From a virus (Duplodnaviria > Caudoviricetes): a stretch of 55,094 nucleotides of DNA. The position numbers and the translations under genes were made by a program. This document shows positions 54,139 to 55,094 of the stretch, in pieces (position 1 is the stretch's first letter; each line of letters begins with the position of its first letter). The stretch is from IMG/VR virus record IMGVR_UViG_3300035703_000122, positions 1-55,094 of that record; one strand, 5' to 3'. Under the pieces are notes generated by a model that saw only the letters and a program-made list of their open reading frames with translations, searched no databases and had not been told where the DNA came from.

Positions 54139-54506
54139 TCTCCACATCGGAACAGATTTACTTTCTCTTTGTTGGTTTTGTTGACCGAGCCAAGGTGGAA
54201 GATGGAAGCCACTCGCTTCTTCATCTTGTCCTTGCCTCGCTTGTTGTAGACAGACTTGGGTAGCGGCTTTGGCCGCTTCGCATCGGGCTGGTTGCCGACA
54301 GCCCAAAGAGCGCGGGGGTACAGGCGACCCCCGTCCTCATCCCTGCGGTACGAATGCACATACAAGACCGCAGGTTTCTTGCACCGAAGAGCGCCGATGT
54401 AGCCGCGCAACAGATCAATGTCGATGCCGAGCTGGTCGGCCATCTCGCGCTGAGTCATCGGCCCTTCGGATGTCAGAAGGTCAACGATCTGTCGACGAAC
54501 GCTCAT
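54135..54506 (-). CDS. Winged-helix DNA-binding protein
   Basis: IVDLLTSEGPMTQREMADQLGI. Confidence 0.75.
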   Translation of the reverse strand: MSVRRQIVDLLTSEGPMTQREMADQLGIDIDLLRGYIGALRCKKPAVLYVHSYRRDEDGGRLYPRALWAVGNQPDAKRPKPLPKSVYNKRGKDKMKKRVASIFHLGSVNKTNKEKVNLFRCGE

Positions 54507-54724
54507 CCAACAGACCCCCCGGATGGGCAGTCGCGCCCCTGTCTGCAATCGTTGTGGCAGGGAGGGCATTGCTTGTGCAAACCCTCCTGCATCTCCCGGC
54601 ACACCTCTCGCACCACGCGCCGCGCATCCAGCCTGGACGCAAACCATCGGCTAAGGCTGCGACTGTCGTCCTGCAACAAACCGGGCGGGAACCCTGTCCG
54701 CCCCCCGTTGACCTCAGACCTCAT
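54503..54724 (-). CDS. Hypothetical protein
   Basis: PGLLQDD..LSRWF and CPPCHNDCRQGRDCP motifs. Confidence 0.7.
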   Translation of the reverse strand: MRSEVNGGRTGFPPGLLQDDSRSLSRWFASRLDARRVVREVCREMQEGLHKQCPPCHNDCRQGRDCPSGGSVG

Positions 54725-54727
54725 GCG

Positions 54728-54955
54728 CTATTGCTCCCGTTGATAGATGGTGTTGCGGGTCTCGAACCCGCCATCGAACTTGCGGAGTACCTGACTGGTG
54801 CGGATGTCGCACTCGCCCAGGTATGGGTGGTTCAGGCCATAGACCCTGGCGTACTCCCAGGTCTCGCCCTGGTGGTCGTGGTCAACCGAGTAAAACTCAG
54901 GCTCGCCCCGGTAAAGAACCAACGGCTTCTGCTTTGCGGAATCTGTCTGTTGCAT
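54728..54955 (-). CDS. Hypothetical protein
   Basis: NHPYLG...IRTS.V...FETRNTIY pattern, with AGGA RBS. Confidence 0.7.
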   Translation of the reverse strand: MQQTDSAKQKPLVLYRGEPEFYSVDHDHQGETWEYARVYGLNHPYLGECDIRTSQVLRKFDGGFETRNTIYQREQ

Positions 54956-55094
54956 TGCGCTTCCTTCTGAACTTGATGTTGTTGAGTGAGTTGCGGGGCA
55001 CGACCCAAAGCTCACGCCCATCGCCGCAATCCATGAGGAACGCACCATTGATGCGACCCTCCTTCAGGAGTTGATTGACCCGTTGTCGAGTGAC
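54897..55094 (-). CDS. HTH DNA-binding protein, partial (start outside the window)
   Basis: Manual translation gives VTRQRVNQLLKEGRINGAF...WVVP, open from the window edge. Confidence 0.65.
   Translation of the reverse strand, partial: VTRQRVNQLLKEGRINGAFLMDCGDGRELWVVPRNSLNNIKFRRKRNATDRFRKAEAVGSLPGRA

Noticed and set aside
1-55094. Terminal repeats or circular overlap
   Set aside because: The two ends share no visible sequence and both cut through genes, so some genome is probably missing.
1-55094. Stop-codon reassignment, introns or inteins
   Set aside because: Core genes (terL, portal, capsid, helicase, int) are full length and uninterrupted under code 11.

Overview
The window is most of the genome of a temperate, podovirus-like dsDNA phage (about 60% GC), probably of a Betaproteobacterial host (inference from the tRNA-Cys attP). 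Both ends run off in minus-strand genes. The layout is: (i) a leftward accessory/early operon at 1-5439 of small ORFs plus a MoxR-type AAA+/VWA pair, with a type II hammerhead ribozyme between the two genes; (ii) a 1.35 kb non-coding block at 5440-6796 with a large hairpin-dense element and G-rich iterons; (iii) a rightward virion module at 6797-43237 (terS, terL, portal, scaffold, capsid, adaptors, tail fibres, an embedded holin/SAR-endolysin/Rz-Rz1 cassette, tail nozzle, ejection proteins including a ~2750 aa polyvalent protein, an HslV-like peptidase and a phosphoesterase); (iv) an intact attP (3' half of tRNA-Cys) with integrase and excisionase; (v) a leftward block with MazG-like, Tad2-like, SSB, exonuclease, Sak and CI-like genes; and (vi) a rightward replication block (DUF1376 initiator, primase Zn-finger, SF4 helicase, RusA, Q-like). 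The most unusual signals are non-coding: the ~700 nt structured element dominated by triloop hairpins, the hammerhead, a strong genome-wide excess of TCTGTT/AACAGA, and one 12-bp iteron family found at three distant loci. All protein calls come from motif recognition by eye, and no database searches were run.
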